Shown: one piece after another, positions 1-12,355 of the stretch
Position numbering within the stretch: position 1 is the stretch's first letter
How the letters are laid out: each line of letters starts with the position of its first letter
NCBI GenBank assembly: GCA_024239035.1
Contig: JANBVK010000001.1
Coordinates: 42,262 to 106,261 of the forward strand
Length of the DNA stretch: 64,000 bases
Origin: Patescibacteria group bacterium
GTDB taxonomy: Bacteria > Patescibacteriota > Minisyncoccia > UBA6257 > GWB1-50-10
Direction: 5' to 3'
Translations under genes and position numbers: made by a program
Notes under the pieces: generated by a model
Told to the model about the DNA's origin: nothing
The model's input: only the letters and a program-made list of their open reading frames with translations
Database searches by the model: none

Positions 1-1
1 T

Positions 2-421
2 CTCATTTTATTTTTTGCTCGTCAGTGGCTTCCTGGCATAGGATCTACAATAGCGGTGTCTTTTCCAATCATTGTTATAGCAGCTATAGGTTTTGCTGAG
101 CCAATTACAACGGGGACATCTGGAGTTGCACCCCACGCACACGCCCCTGGGTGGCTTATTATTCTTTCGTTATTACTTCCTGCACTCTTTTTGGATTTAA
201 AGAAATCCACAGGAGTTTTCTCCGCGGCACTGGCGGGTCTAATTTCAGGAGGAGTTCTGTATGGGTTTGCAACACTCTTTATTGATCCCGCTTTTCAGTA
301 TGGCGTTACAGAAGTTGTGACTGTCCTCATTGTAAGTTTCTTCGGTGGTTTGATAGCAGGGATACTTGTGAAAAGTGTTCTCAAGACTAAATTGTTTGGA
401 TCAGTTGAAAACTATACATAA
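2..421 (+). CDS. integral membrane protein, 5'-truncated by the window edge (possibly ECF S-component-like)
   Basis: Frame is open from position 2; several hydrophobic segments; family assignment is weak. Confidence 0.55.
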   Translation, partial: LILFFARQWLPGIGSTIAVSFPIIVIAAIGFAEPITTGTSGVAPHAHAPGWLIILSLLLPALFLDLKKSTGVFSAALAGLISGGVLYGFATLFIDPAFQYGVTEVVTVLIVSFFGGLIAGILVKSVLKTKLFGSVENYT

Positions 422-525
422 AAAAATCCGTACTCTCTAAATCGAGCTTAGCCTGTATCCAGTTTATAGTTCTGAACATATCCTATAGGTTTATTTTAGA
501 ACTATAATAGTGTAGGATAAAAAGT

Positions 526-855
526 ATGAAAAAATTTGTATTTGTCTATTATGGCAAAATGAAACATGACGAGATGGACAAAGAAACCAGGAGTAAAATC
601 ATGAATAAATGGAAGGCTTGGTTTGGTTCATTCGGCGATAAGATAGTTGACGGCGGTAATCCGTTTGCTGATGGGGCCCAAGCAGTAACAGCAGGAGGCG
701 TAGACGCCATCCCAGAAGACAAGTGGCCCGCTAAAGGCTACACAATCATCAATGCCGAAGACATGAATGAAGCAACAGAAATCGCAAAAGGATGTCCGAC
801 ATTTGAAGATGATAGCGAAGGAGCTGTGCGCGTATATGAAGCTATGCCTATGTAA
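526..855 (+). CDS. YciI/DGPF-family protein
   Basis: IVDGGNPF and GYTIINAEDMNEATEIAKGCP motifs match the YCII-related family; TAGGAT -10 box 7 nt upstream suggests a leaderless transcript. Confidence 0.8.
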   Translation: MKKFVFVYYGKMKHDEMDKETRSKIMNKWKAWFGSFGDKIVDGGNPFADGAQAVTAGGVDAIPEDKWPAKGYTIINAEDMNEATEIAKGCPTFEDDSEGAVRVYEAMPM

Positions 856-1061
856 GCCAAGCGGTATATTAAAGTGAAAGTGTATGAAGCCCTGCGATAA
901 CATCAAGGGGCTTTTGTTTATATAACGGCGAGTAATTTTACCGGCCGAATGTGTTCTGTAGGGGGAGCAACTACTTAACATAATTATTGCTTTGGTATAG
1001 AATATCATTAGCATTCTGGAGTAAACTTCCCTCAGAAATCATACTAAGAAAGGAGGCTCTT

Positions 1062-1301
1062 ATGTCCGAGGTATCAGTCTTTCAATTCCTAGTTATTCTA
1101 TGTCTGGTAACTGGTTTCATCCGTACCTTAGTTTTTATTTTCCACCCCGCGAGTCCACACGATGACGTTGGTTTGACAGGCCCCGATATCTTTCTTTATT
1201 TTATCTTGGCAATATTGGGTGCTATATTCTGGCTTCCGGTCCGGACGTCTTACGGAATAGGTCGTTTTATCAAATTTTTACATGGTCTTCACCATGCATA
1301 A
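1062..1301 (+). CDS. small membrane ORFan (2 TM)
   Basis: AAGGAGG SD before ATG 1062; GC-rich hairpin plus T tract follows (about 1314-1370). Confidence 0.6.
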   Translation: MSEVSVFQFLVILCLVTGFIRTLVFIFHPASPHDDVGLTGPDIFLYFILAILGAIFWLPVRTSYGIGRFIKFLHGLHHA

Positions 1302-1423
1302 CTTGAGCTACAACCGCCCACGTGACACGGAAAAACCGTTGCTCATCACACAGGGCGGTTTTTTCTTTTTATGCCCCATCCCTCCAATTGCATTCAGTAT
1401 GAAGCGGGGTTATTGTTTTTTAT

Positions 1424-1867
1424 ATGAAAACAGGCATTGACCATATAGGCGTAACAACCGTTTTCTACTGCATAGACGGGAAGAGAAACTTTCTTTTTCA
1501 TAAGCGCAGCAAGAACTGTCGGGACGAACACGGGAAATGGGATTGTGGTGGTGGAAAATTAGAATTTGGTTCAACGTTGGAGGAGAATGTGTTGCGGGAA
1601 GTAATGGAGGAATATGGCTGCAAAGGAGAGATCCAAGAACAGCTGCCTGCCCATTCATCACTTAGAGAGTGGGATGGCGAGAAAATACATTGGGTTGCTA
1701 TTCCTTTTATAGTCAAAGTAAATCCCGATGAGGTAAGAAATAATGAACCAGAGAAGATTGATGAGATTAGCTGGTTTGGTTTAGATAATCTTCCGTCGCC
1801 GCTTCACCCTGCCGTGCAAGCTGAAATGGAGCGTTATAAAGAGCGGTTTAGGAAATATCTGAAATGA
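1424..1867 (+). CDS. NUDIX hydrolase
   Basis: Nudix box GGKLEFGSTLEENVLREVMEEYG. Confidence 0.9.
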   Translation: MKTGIDHIGVTTVFYCIDGKRNFLFHKRSKNCRDEHGKWDCGGGKLEFGSTLEENVLREVMEEYGCKGEIQEQLPAHSSLREWDGEKIHWVAIPFIVKVNPDEVRNNEPEKIDEISWFGLDNLPSPLHPAVQAEMERYKERFRKYLK

Positions 1868-2496
1868 GCAAAAAGCAGAAGCGTGTCCTGTTATTTGACT
1901 TTGATGGTGTCATCGTAGATACCTTTGATTTGTGTTTGGGTATTAATAGAAAATTAGGCAGTTCGTCACTATCTGCTGACGACTATCGTAAGAGGTTCGA
2001 GGGAAACATCTATAAACATTTTGAAAAACAAAACATAGATATAGAACAAACTGATAATGCTTTCTTTAAACATTACAACCCTGAGCTATTACAATTTAAC
2101 CCCGTAGAAGGCATACAGGAAGTCATTAAAGAGCTTAGAAAACGATATACTCTCGTTATTATTTCTTCCACTATCAACAGTCCAATCCAAGCACATCTTG
2201 AGAAATATAACCTTGCGCAATATTTCGATAAAATATTCGGCAGTGATGTACATAGAAGTAAAATAGAGAAGATCAAAATGGTGTTTGAACAGTATAATGT
2301 TCAACCTAAAAACTGCATCTTCATCACCGATACACTAGGAGATATGCGAGAAGCAGAAGCCACAGGCGTGAGAGCGATTGGTGTAACATGGGGTTATCAT
2401 TCATTGGAAACGTTACAGAGAGGGAATCCTGTTGCTATCGTTCATAAGCCGGAGAATATTGTATCTGCGGTCAACGAGTATTTCACACACAACTAG
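1864..2496 (+). CDS. HAD-family hydrolase (phosphoglycolate phosphatase-like)
   Basis: FDFDGVIVDT motif I, ITDTLGD motif IV, GVTWGY; ATGA overlap with the NUDIX gene. Confidence 0.9.
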   Translation: MSKKQKRVLLFDFDGVIVDTFDLCLGINRKLGSSSLSADDYRKRFEGNIYKHFEKQNIDIEQTDNAFFKHYNPELLQFNPVEGIQEVIKELRKRYTLVIISSTINSPIQAHLEKYNLAQYFDKIFGSDVHRSKIEKIKMVFEQYNVQPKNCIFITDTLGDMREAEATGVRAIGVTWGYHSLETLQRGNPVAIVHKPENIVSAVNEYFTHN

Positions 2497-2571
2497 CTGT
2501 GAAACGGGTTCTAATATCGTCTAGTTGGGGGAGCCTTTTATTATTTGAAGTATCTTTGTTAGTATAATCTT

Positions 2572-2790
2572 ATGGAACAAGAAACAAACAATCACAACAA
2601 AACCCGTGCGGGGTGGTGTTGTGGCTGCAACACAAAAAGAGGTGCGCTCGGTTGGGGTATATTTTTCTTGATACTCGGAGGGTACTTTTTAGCCCAAGAG
2701 CTTGGTTATGTAAGCACAAGCGTTTCGGCATGGCCTGTCGTGCTTACAGCTTTTGGTATTTATCTCATTGTGAAAAACCTGGGAAAGTAA
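2572..2790 (+). CDS. small membrane protein (LiaF/DUF5668-like)
   Basis: Two TM helices with WGIFFLILG...WPVVL pattern. Confidence 0.65.
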   Translation: MEQETNNHNKTRAGWCCGCNTKRGALGWGIFFLILGGYFLAQELGYVSTSVSAWPVVLTAFGIYLIVKNLGK

Positions 2791-2802
2791 GTTATATTAT
2801 TT

Positions 2803-3975
2803 GTGGAGATACAGAAAATTTACATCGGGGCGTGGTTTCAGAGAACGCCTCTACACTTGTCGGAGATTTATGATTTCCTGACGGGCAAAGATTCCCCACT
2901 TGAACTCGATAAGAAAAAACTCAAGAAGTTACTGCAAGATCTTCAGATTCAGGAGCTTAAGCTGGTGCCGTCTGATCTCGATTATATCAATGTCTCAACT
3001 ACAAAGGGCATCAGTTTTAGAATATATGAGGATGGCTTAGTTCGGTTAGAAAAAGGGAACACAGAGTTGGCGCAGGATATCGAGCAACTTAGAAATTATT
3101 ACGAAAAAAAACTCTCGCCCGCGATAAGTTATCTTTTTATTTTGGGAGCACCCATACCGAAAGAACTCGCTAATATTAAGAACATTTATCCTTACTTCGT
3201 TGTGTTGCGAAATGCCGACAAGGAAGACATTTATAAAATAATTAAAGAGCACGGACAGAAAAAGCATTTTGAAATCCGCCAAAAGACATTTGAGGTGTAT
3301 CGAGGAGATAAGCTCTATATCATTAACAACCTTTCTGAAGATTTACTTTCGATTGAAAAGTTCATAGAGGAGAATATATTTATTCGCGAGTATAAAAGCC
3401 AACTTCACCGTTATTTAAACCTTCACAGAATTATTTGGGAGCGCATAGCGGACATTAAAGAAAAAGGAGAAATCAAGGGGCGAGACATTGGATTGTTTAA
3501 GAATAAGATGGAAGAGTATGACAAAACAATTAATTTGATTGATGCTCGTATTAACCAAATGGATACTTTTGTCTCGACGCGCAGCAGAGTGGTACAAGAT
3601 AACCCGTCCCTTAAGCCATTTCTTGAGATATTACAATTCAAGCACGAGACATTATCCGACACATTAAATTACATCAAGGATTTATGGAAAATGACACAAG
3701 AGTACGTCAAGTCCGCACTCAACATCTTCGCAGAGCTCCAAGCAAAAAGTACTGAGGGCGCAGTCAAGAACTTAACGGTAGTGACCTCGATGGGTGTCGG
3801 TGCGACACTGATCGGTCTCTTTACAAAGAAACTTCCCAGCTTAACATTCGATGGATTCGTTTACTTTCTTGTTGTTGCCGGGATCGGATATGCAGCTCAT
3901 AGGATAATAGCCCTTATTTACGCAAGGAAGAAATATTCTATTAAGGATATTAAAATCGCTAAAGATATTAAATAG
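2803..3975 (+). CDS. hypothetical protein with coiled coil and two C-terminal TM helices (CorA-like architecture)
   Basis: 390-aa ORF; long helical region then VKNLTVVTSMGVGATLIGLF and a second TM; no GMN motif. Confidence 0.7.
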   Translation: MEIQKIYIGAWFQRTPLHLSEIYDFLTGKDSPLELDKKKLKKLLQDLQIQELKLVPSDLDYINVSTTKGISFRIYEDGLVRLEKGNTELAQDIEQLRNYYEKKLSPAISYLFILGAPIPKELANIKNIYPYFVVLRNADKEDIYKIIKEHGQKKHFEIRQKTFEVYRGDKLYIINNLSEDLLSIEKFIEENIFIREYKSQLHRYLNLHRIIWERIADIKEKGEIKGRDIGLFKNKMEEYDKTINLIDARINQMDTFVSTRSRVVQDNPSLKPFLEILQFKHETLSDTLNYIKDLWKMTQEYVKSALNIFAELQAKSTEGAVKNLTVVTSMGVGATLIGLFTKKLPSLTFDGFVYFLVVAGIGYAAHRIIALIYARKKYSIKDIKIAKDIK

Positions 3976-4085
3976 GGTCGGTACTGGGATGAAATTCTAA
4001 TGGCGGGCGGTTTTCTTTATTGATAAAATAGCGTGTTTCGTTTAGAATGTTGGAGGTTCATCACACAACGCACATAGGAGGGGTT

Positions 4086-4250
4086 ATGCCGACTCTTGAA
4101 GAATTATGGCACGTAGTCGCAGAACCTTTGTTCAATGCGGCATTCGTGCTTCCTGTTATCTTCGTTATCTACCTTTTTATCACCATTATCTACGATTTTC
4201 TTATCTTCCTTGGTTTCATTTCAACCAAGAAAAAGAAAAGAAGTTCGTGA
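4086..4250 (+). CDS. small membrane ORFan
   Basis: AGGAGG SD before ATG 4086; one TM and a basic tail. Confidence 0.5.
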   Translation: MPTLEELWHVVAEPLFNAAFVLPVIFVIYLFITIIYDFLIFLGFISTKKKKRSS

Positions 4251-4262
4251 GGGAGGAAGAAA

Positions 4263-4475
4263 ATGGTACATGAAGCATTAATGCGGGAACTCCCAAAGGA
4301 TCATGAAAGGGTGTCCGAAGACGGTATTTTCTACATTCGAGACAACAGTGGATCGTGGTCGGTTGTTGTTTTGGCTCCGGTCTTGGTTACTTGTGGAGGT
4401 GAAAATGGAAAGGGTAGAGCGACTCATCTCGCAAGGTGTTTCAATAATGTTTGGAATGAAGAAGTTGGAAAATAA
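4263..4475 (+). CDS. hypothetical protein
   Basis: GGAGG SD; followed by a hairpin and T tract. Confidence 0.5.
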   Translation: MVHEALMRELPKDHERVSEDGIFYIRDNSGSWSVVVLAPVLVTCGGENGKGRATHLARCFNNVWNEEVGK

Positions 4476-4610
4476 ACCGCCGGGTCATTATAAAATCCGC
4501 CAATAAAAAAGGGTCTGCTCTTTTGGCGGATTCTTTTTATATAAATAGCTTGTCCAGTGGGGGAGTAAACAAAAAACCGCTGCTGCGCTGTAACACGCGG
4601 CAACGGTAAT

Positions 4611-4850
4611 TTAGTTAAGGTTGGGTTGTTGTGGTCTGGGTAAAGAACATAGCGTGGATGGGTTAAGTGGCCACGGGGTAGGTAACTCACCCGGTGGCCC
4701 TGTAAGTTCAACAAGAACATCATCACGCGTGAACCCGATGACCAGATATATCTCCCCAAAAAAATCACCTTCTTTTACAACCATTACTTGTTGCCCACGA
4801 CGAAATCCAAACTTTGATTCTTCGCCTGTATCCTCAAAAGGATTGGTCAT
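4611..4850 (-). CDS. hypothetical protein with KOW/SH3-like motif
   Basis: RGQQVMVVKEGDFFGEIYLV resembles a KOW motif; AAAGG SD upstream. Confidence 0.5.
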   Translation of the reverse strand: MTNPFEDTGEESKFGFRRGQQVMVVKEGDFFGEIYLVIGFTRDDVLVELTGPPGELPTPWPLNPSTLCSLPRPQQPNLN

Positions 4851-5010
4851 AACAAACCTTTCTCATGTAGTGTTCTAAGAAAAATGTAGCAGAACTCTCT
4901 TTATTTGTCTATGAAATTGCTGTCAGAGAATTCCCCTCTAGCGACCCAGGTGTCTCAAATTCGCGAGTAGAAAAATCGTTCAAAAACCTTTACAATGTCT
5001 GAATAGTTTT

Positions 5011-5412
5011 ATGGAATTACAAGTCGGCGTAAAAGCACTGCTAAAAAATAAAGAAGGGAAGTATTTACTGCTTCGGCGGTCGCCGGAGAAGTACCCCGAG
5101 GTTGTCGGCAAGTGGGATATTGTCGGCGGGCGGATAGACCCCGGGTCGCATCTCTTAGAAAACTTAAAAAGAGAAATTAGAGAAGAAACCTCTCTTGAAT
5201 TGGAGGGAGAGCCGAAATTAATAGCCGCCCAGGACATTTTGCGCGTTTCCGGACGGCATGTAGTGCGATTGACCTACGTTGCCGACATTAACGGCGAACC
5301 GACGCTGGACGGGGACCATATGGAATTTAAGTGGTTTACAAAGGGTGAATTGGAAAATCTTGAGGACTTGGATGTATATTTTAAAGAGGTTTTAGATAGG
5401 GGATTGGTGTGA
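5011..5412 (+). CDS. NUDIX hydrolase
   Basis: GGRIDPGSHLLENLKREIREETS Nudix box. Confidence 0.9.
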   Translation: MELQVGVKALLKNKEGKYLLLRRSPEKYPEVVGKWDIVGGRIDPGSHLLENLKREIREETSLELEGEPKLIAAQDILRVSGRHVVRLTYVADINGEPTLDGDHMEFKWFTKGELENLEDLDVYFKEVLDRGLV

Positions 5413-5426
5413 TAAAGTGGTAATGA

Positions 5427-6410
5427 ATGAACCAAGAATATAAAAAACTTAGAGTTGCGGTCTTAATGGGCGGGCCTTCAGAAGAGCACGAAGTGTCTTT
5501 GAAGAGCGGGGAGATGGTAGCAAATGTTCTGGATTCGGGTAAATACGAAATTAGAAAAGTTCTAATAAGCAAAGAGGGGGAGTGGGAAATTCTTCCTCAT
5601 CATTTGAAATCTTACGCCGACGTCGCTTTTATTGCTCTCCACGGGCCGTATGGCGAGGACGGTACCGTTCAGGACATGCTCGGCCAGGCGAACATTCCTT
5701 ACCACGGAACAGGTCCGCTTGAGAGCGCCTTAGCCATGAATAAATTTTTGTCTCTCCAACTTTTTCGGGACGCGGGGTTCGCCGTACCGCTTTCTTTCTT
5801 AATTACGGAGAAAGATTGGCAAAACGGACCTTCGGGCGTTTTGCGCCAGATTCAACACTATCTTGAGTTTCCATTCGTTGTTAAGCCGAATAATAACGGC
5901 TCAAGTTATGGGATAACCATCGTAAAGAATAAGAGCGATATCTCTCCGGCTTTTAATGAAGCGTTTAACGTTTCACAAGAGGTATTGATTCAAGAATACG
6001 TTGAAGGGAAAGAAGTTACCTGCGGCGTTTTGGACCATGGTTGGGCCGGCAGTGAGGTTGCTCTTCTCCCAACAGAAATCATTCCCAAGGTAAGCCACTT
6101 CTTTGACTACAAAGCTAAATATGACAAGGGTGGTTCAGATGAGGTTACTCCGCCCGAAGGAATGCCGGAACACACAATTCGTACCATTCAAAAAACCGCG
6201 CGGGAGATTCACAGGCTTGCGGGTTGTAAGGGAGTTTCTCGTGTTGATATGATTTTAAATAATCGCGGCCAACTTTTTATATTAGAAGTAAACACTCTCC
6301 CCGGACTTACGTCTGAAAGCTTACTGCCTAAAGCAGCTGAGGCAAGCGGGATTCCATTTACCACATTGCTTGACAGGTTAATTCATTCCGCGTTTCTTAA
6401 TTACTTCTAA
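5427..6410 (+). CDS. ddl: D-alanine--D-alanine ligase
   Basis: GGPSEEHEVSLKSG, LHGPYGEDG, FDYKAKY, LEVNTLPGLT motifs. Confidence 0.97.
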   Translation: MNQEYKKLRVAVLMGGPSEEHEVSLKSGEMVANVLDSGKYEIRKVLISKEGEWEILPHHLKSYADVAFIALHGPYGEDGTVQDMLGQANIPYHGTGPLESALAMNKFLSLQLFRDAGFAVPLSFLITEKDWQNGPSGVLRQIQHYLEFPFVVKPNNNGSSYGITIVKNKSDISPAFNEAFNVSQEVLIQEYVEGKEVTCGVLDHGWAGSEVALLPTEIIPKVSHFFDYKAKYDKGGSDEVTPPEGMPEHTIRTIQKTAREIHRLAGCKGVSRVDMILNNRGQLFILEVNTLPGLTSESLLPKAAEASGIPFTTLLDRLIHSAFLNYF

Positions 6411-6411
6411 G

Positions 6412-7047
6412 ATGAGTTCCTTAGAAAAACTTATTAAAAGTTTAGTTGACGACGGCTATTTGAAAACACCGTCTATTATTGAAGCGTTCCAAAAAATTAA
6501 TAGGGTTGATTTCGTTCCTGAAGACCTGAAAGAGGTTGCCTATGAGAACAACCCGCTTCCTATCGGCTATGAGCAGACCATCTCACAACCGCTCACGGTT
6601 GCTTTTATGCTGGAGCTCTTGGAACCAAAGAAGGGAGAGAAAATTTTAGACATCGGAGCGGGGTCGGGTTGGCAAACGGCGCTTTTGGCGCACATCGTAG
6701 CAGACGGCGGGGGAAAGGTAATTGCTATTGAGCGCATTCCGGAATTAAAGACAATAGCAGAAGAAAACGTAGCCAAATATAATTTCCTGGAGAAGGATGT
6801 CGTCCAGATTATTCAAGGAGACGGATCTAAAGGACGTAAAGACAAAGCGCCGTATGACAAAATTATTGCGGCGGCCTCGGCAGACAAAATACCGTCCGCC
6901 TGGAAAGAGCAATTAAAAATTGGCGGTCGCATAGTCGCCCCGGTGGGTCAGAGCATTGTAATGATTGAAAAAACAGAACAGAATCAATTTGCTCAAAAAC
7001 AGTACTTTGGATTTAGCTTCGTGCCGCTTGTTAAGGGGAAAGTCTGA
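6412..7047 (+). CDS. pcm: protein-L-isoaspartate O-methyltransferase
   Basis: QTISQP, LDIGAGSGW, APYDKII, FVPL motifs. Confidence 0.95.
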   Translation: MSSLEKLIKSLVDDGYLKTPSIIEAFQKINRVDFVPEDLKEVAYENNPLPIGYEQTISQPLTVAFMLELLEPKKGEKILDIGAGSGWQTALLAHIVADGGGKVIAIERIPELKTIAEENVAKYNFLEKDVVQIIQGDGSKGRKDKAPYDKIIAAASADKIPSAWKEQLKIGGRIVAPVGQSIVMIEKTEQNQFAQKQYFGFSFVPLVKGKV

Positions 7048-7183
7048 TAGAAACGGGAGTTTTTGGGGTTGACCCAGCGGGTGAAAATTTGACTAGGCAA
7101 AGGGCTAAAACTTTTGGATTTGAAAATAAAGAAGTCGCAACCCAAGGTTTGAATTACGACTTCAATATAACTACTTAATCATC

Positions 7184-7375
7184 CTACAGCAGAAGAACTA
7201 GCGCGATAACGACGAGTGCTAGAAGAATGACAAACCCGATATCGAACAGTTCCCAGTGTCGATCGAGAATAGGAACAATAATGGATAAATTCCTGATTCT
7301 CACAAGAAATTTAAACAGGAACAGTGCGATTGCGGCGATTACTCCGATAAGGAGCAATTTCAGTAGGATGGGCAT
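7184..7375 (-). CDS. small membrane ORFan (2 TM)
   Basis: GGGAG SD upstream; two hydrophobic helices. Confidence 0.5.
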   Translation of the reverse strand: MPILLKLLLIGVIAAIALFLFKFLVRIRNLSIIVPILDRHWELFDIGFVILLALVVIALVLLL

Positions 7376-7568
7376 GAAACAGCTCCCTGAAAGGTCTAGA
7401 TAAAATCTTATTATAAAAATATATTTTTGTCGAACCTATATAACTGTGATATTACGCTAAAATTACTTGATTTTTAATAGAGAAAAACCCATTTTTTTGA
7501 TGTGAAAAGAGTCGTTTCCTTTACAAAAGGGCGGGGTCAATCCCCCACATAAGTACTTATGTGGGGGA

Positions 7569-7598
7569 TTGACAAATATTATCCTCTTGCTCTACACT
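7569..7598 (+). promoter_or_regulatory. sigma70-type promoter upstream of the 23S gene
   Basis: TTGACA (7569-7574), 18 nt, TACACT (7593-7598); the -35 box lies in the arm of a perfect 38-bp palindrome (7536-7573). Confidence 0.6.
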
Positions 7599-7868
7599 TA
7601 TAGGGAATGAACATCAGAAGTGCATACCTCGGTGGACAGGGTTTTGATACCTAAGTGCTTTTGGGTGTCTTATAAATCTTATCCGCCGGATCGGCGGATT
7701 TTTTGTTTGAAACGAAAGAACCTAATGCCATTTGAAAAATTAGGTGCAAAGTTGTTCAGTGTATGAGTATAGACAAACATTGAACTCATCTTACTTTGCA
7801 CAACGCCAATTTTGTTTTTGAACATGCGATTAGTTCTGCACAAAATCGGCATCAGTTTTTTGAGGTAG

Positions 7869-10845
<2,977 letters not shown>

Positions 10846-10896
10846 ACCTCTAAGAACTGATAATGTAAGCGTTAATGAGTTAGTTGAGCTCTTACA

Positions 10897-11011
10897 TGCC
10901 GGTGTTTTATCTACGCGTGTCCCACCTCATTCCATTCCGAACTGAGAAGTGAAAACGTGTAGATCCGATGATACTGAGCCTTGAGCTTGGGACAGTAGGA
11001 TGTGCCGGCGT
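10897..11011 (+). rRNA. rrf: 5S ribosomal RNA
   Basis: CCATTCCGAACTGAGAAGTGAA, CGATGATACT, AGTAGG motifs; terminal helix GCCGG/CCGGC extended by a precursor stem. Confidence 0.95.
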
Positions 11012-11036
11012 GTAAGAGCTTAACTTTTACACTCCT

Positions 11037-12317
11037 TTACCCTAACCGATCATTTTGGATAAATACCCAAAATCCCTTCAACCAAATTCTAAAAGCCCGC
11101 CAGATAGGCATAATTGAAATAAAATAATTCAACTCAACGAATCCCTTTAAAACCCAACCCAAAAATCCCGAAATTACAAACGGTCCAAACTTGGCAACCG
11201 CAAACTTCCCGCCAACCGGAATAATATAAGGATAAGTTTTGGGAATATATACGTACTGCTTAACAGACTTCACTAAACGGTTCTCTTTTTTTATCTCTTC
11301 AATAATGTTTTTAGCCACTACCTTCCCTTGGGTGATGGCCGCTCTGGCAACTTGCGGGACAGGTTGTTTAGTTTTCGGGTTATAAATACACGCAATATCC
11401 CCAATAGCATACATCCGGCCATAGATTTTCAAATCGGGACTCTCAGGCAAACATTCAAGGGCGCCGATTATCTCAACCCGCCCGCGCCCCTCACGTTTCA
11501 AGGGCAGCTTTTCCGTTAAAGATACTGCTCTCACTCCGCCGGCCCAAACCAAGACATCAAAAGGAATCGCCCTACCGCTTGCGAGGATCATTTTCTCGCC
11601 CGCAATCTTTTCAATAATTTCGTTATTAATAATCTTGACACCTAACCAGCGAAGCCGCCTACTTACTTTTTTAATAACTCGCGCGTCAAAGCCCGGAAGA
11701 ATCGCCGGCATCCCCTCAATAATAGTTACCTGAACCTCGCGGTTACCCTGCCCCTTATCCTGAAGATTATAAGTCCATTTCTTAATCTCACCGGCCAACT
11801 CCACCCCCGTTGACCCGCCGCCACCGACAACCACCCGCAAATCTTTTCTACTCTTTTTTGTATGGGACCAAATAGCATCACGAATGGCTATGGCTTCGTC
11901 AAAAGTTTTAAAACTAAAAGAGTTTTCTTTAAGTCCGGGAATATTGAAATAATTTGTCTCCGAACCCAGTGCCAAAACTAAATAATTAAACTGAACTTTA
12001 ACCTTCTTTAAATGAACAGCGCCCTGAGCCAGATCGATATGCATCACCTCGTCTTTTATAAATCTAACACCTCTCTTCTTTAAAAGTTCAGACAAGGAGT
12101 AAGTGACGAGCGATTTTAACTCCAGATAATCAGCCGTATTTTTTGAAGTAGTCGCAATTTCATAGAGAAGGGGAGTAAAAACGTGGTAGGTACACCGATC
12201 AATAAGCACCACTTCGTAATCGTGTCTTATGGGAAGTGCCTTAAGTTTTTTTGAAAGTATAAGGGCGGCCTGTAGTCCGCCAAAACCGCCGCCTAAGACG
12301 ACAATATTTTTCTTCAT
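11037..12317 (-). CDS. ndh: type II NADH dehydrogenase-like FAD-dependent oxidoreductase
   Basis: VVLGGGFGG, VVVGGGGSTGVELAGE, YAIGDIA, PQVARAAITQG. Confidence 0.9.
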   Translation of the reverse strand: MKKNIVVLGGGFGGLQAALILSKKLKALPIRHDYEVVLIDRCTYHVFTPLLYEIATTSKNTADYLELKSLVTYSLSELLKKRGVRFIKDEVMHIDLAQGAVHLKKVKVQFNYLVLALGSETNYFNIPGLKENSFSFKTFDEAIAIRDAIWSHTKKSRKDLRVVVGGGGSTGVELAGEIKKWTYNLQDKGQGNREVQVTIIEGMPAILPGFDARVIKKVSRRLRWLGVKIINNEIIEKIAGEKMILASGRAIPFDVLVWAGGVRAVSLTEKLPLKREGRGRVEIIGALECLPESPDLKIYGRMYAIGDIACIYNPKTKQPVPQVARAAITQGKVVAKNIIEEIKKENRLVKSVKQYVYIPKTYPYIIPVGGKFAVAKFGPFVISGFLGWVLKGFVELNYFISIMPIWRAFRIWLKGFWVFIQNDRLG

Positions 12318-12355
12318 ATTTTCATTTAATTCGTGAATTCAAGTATAATTATTTT

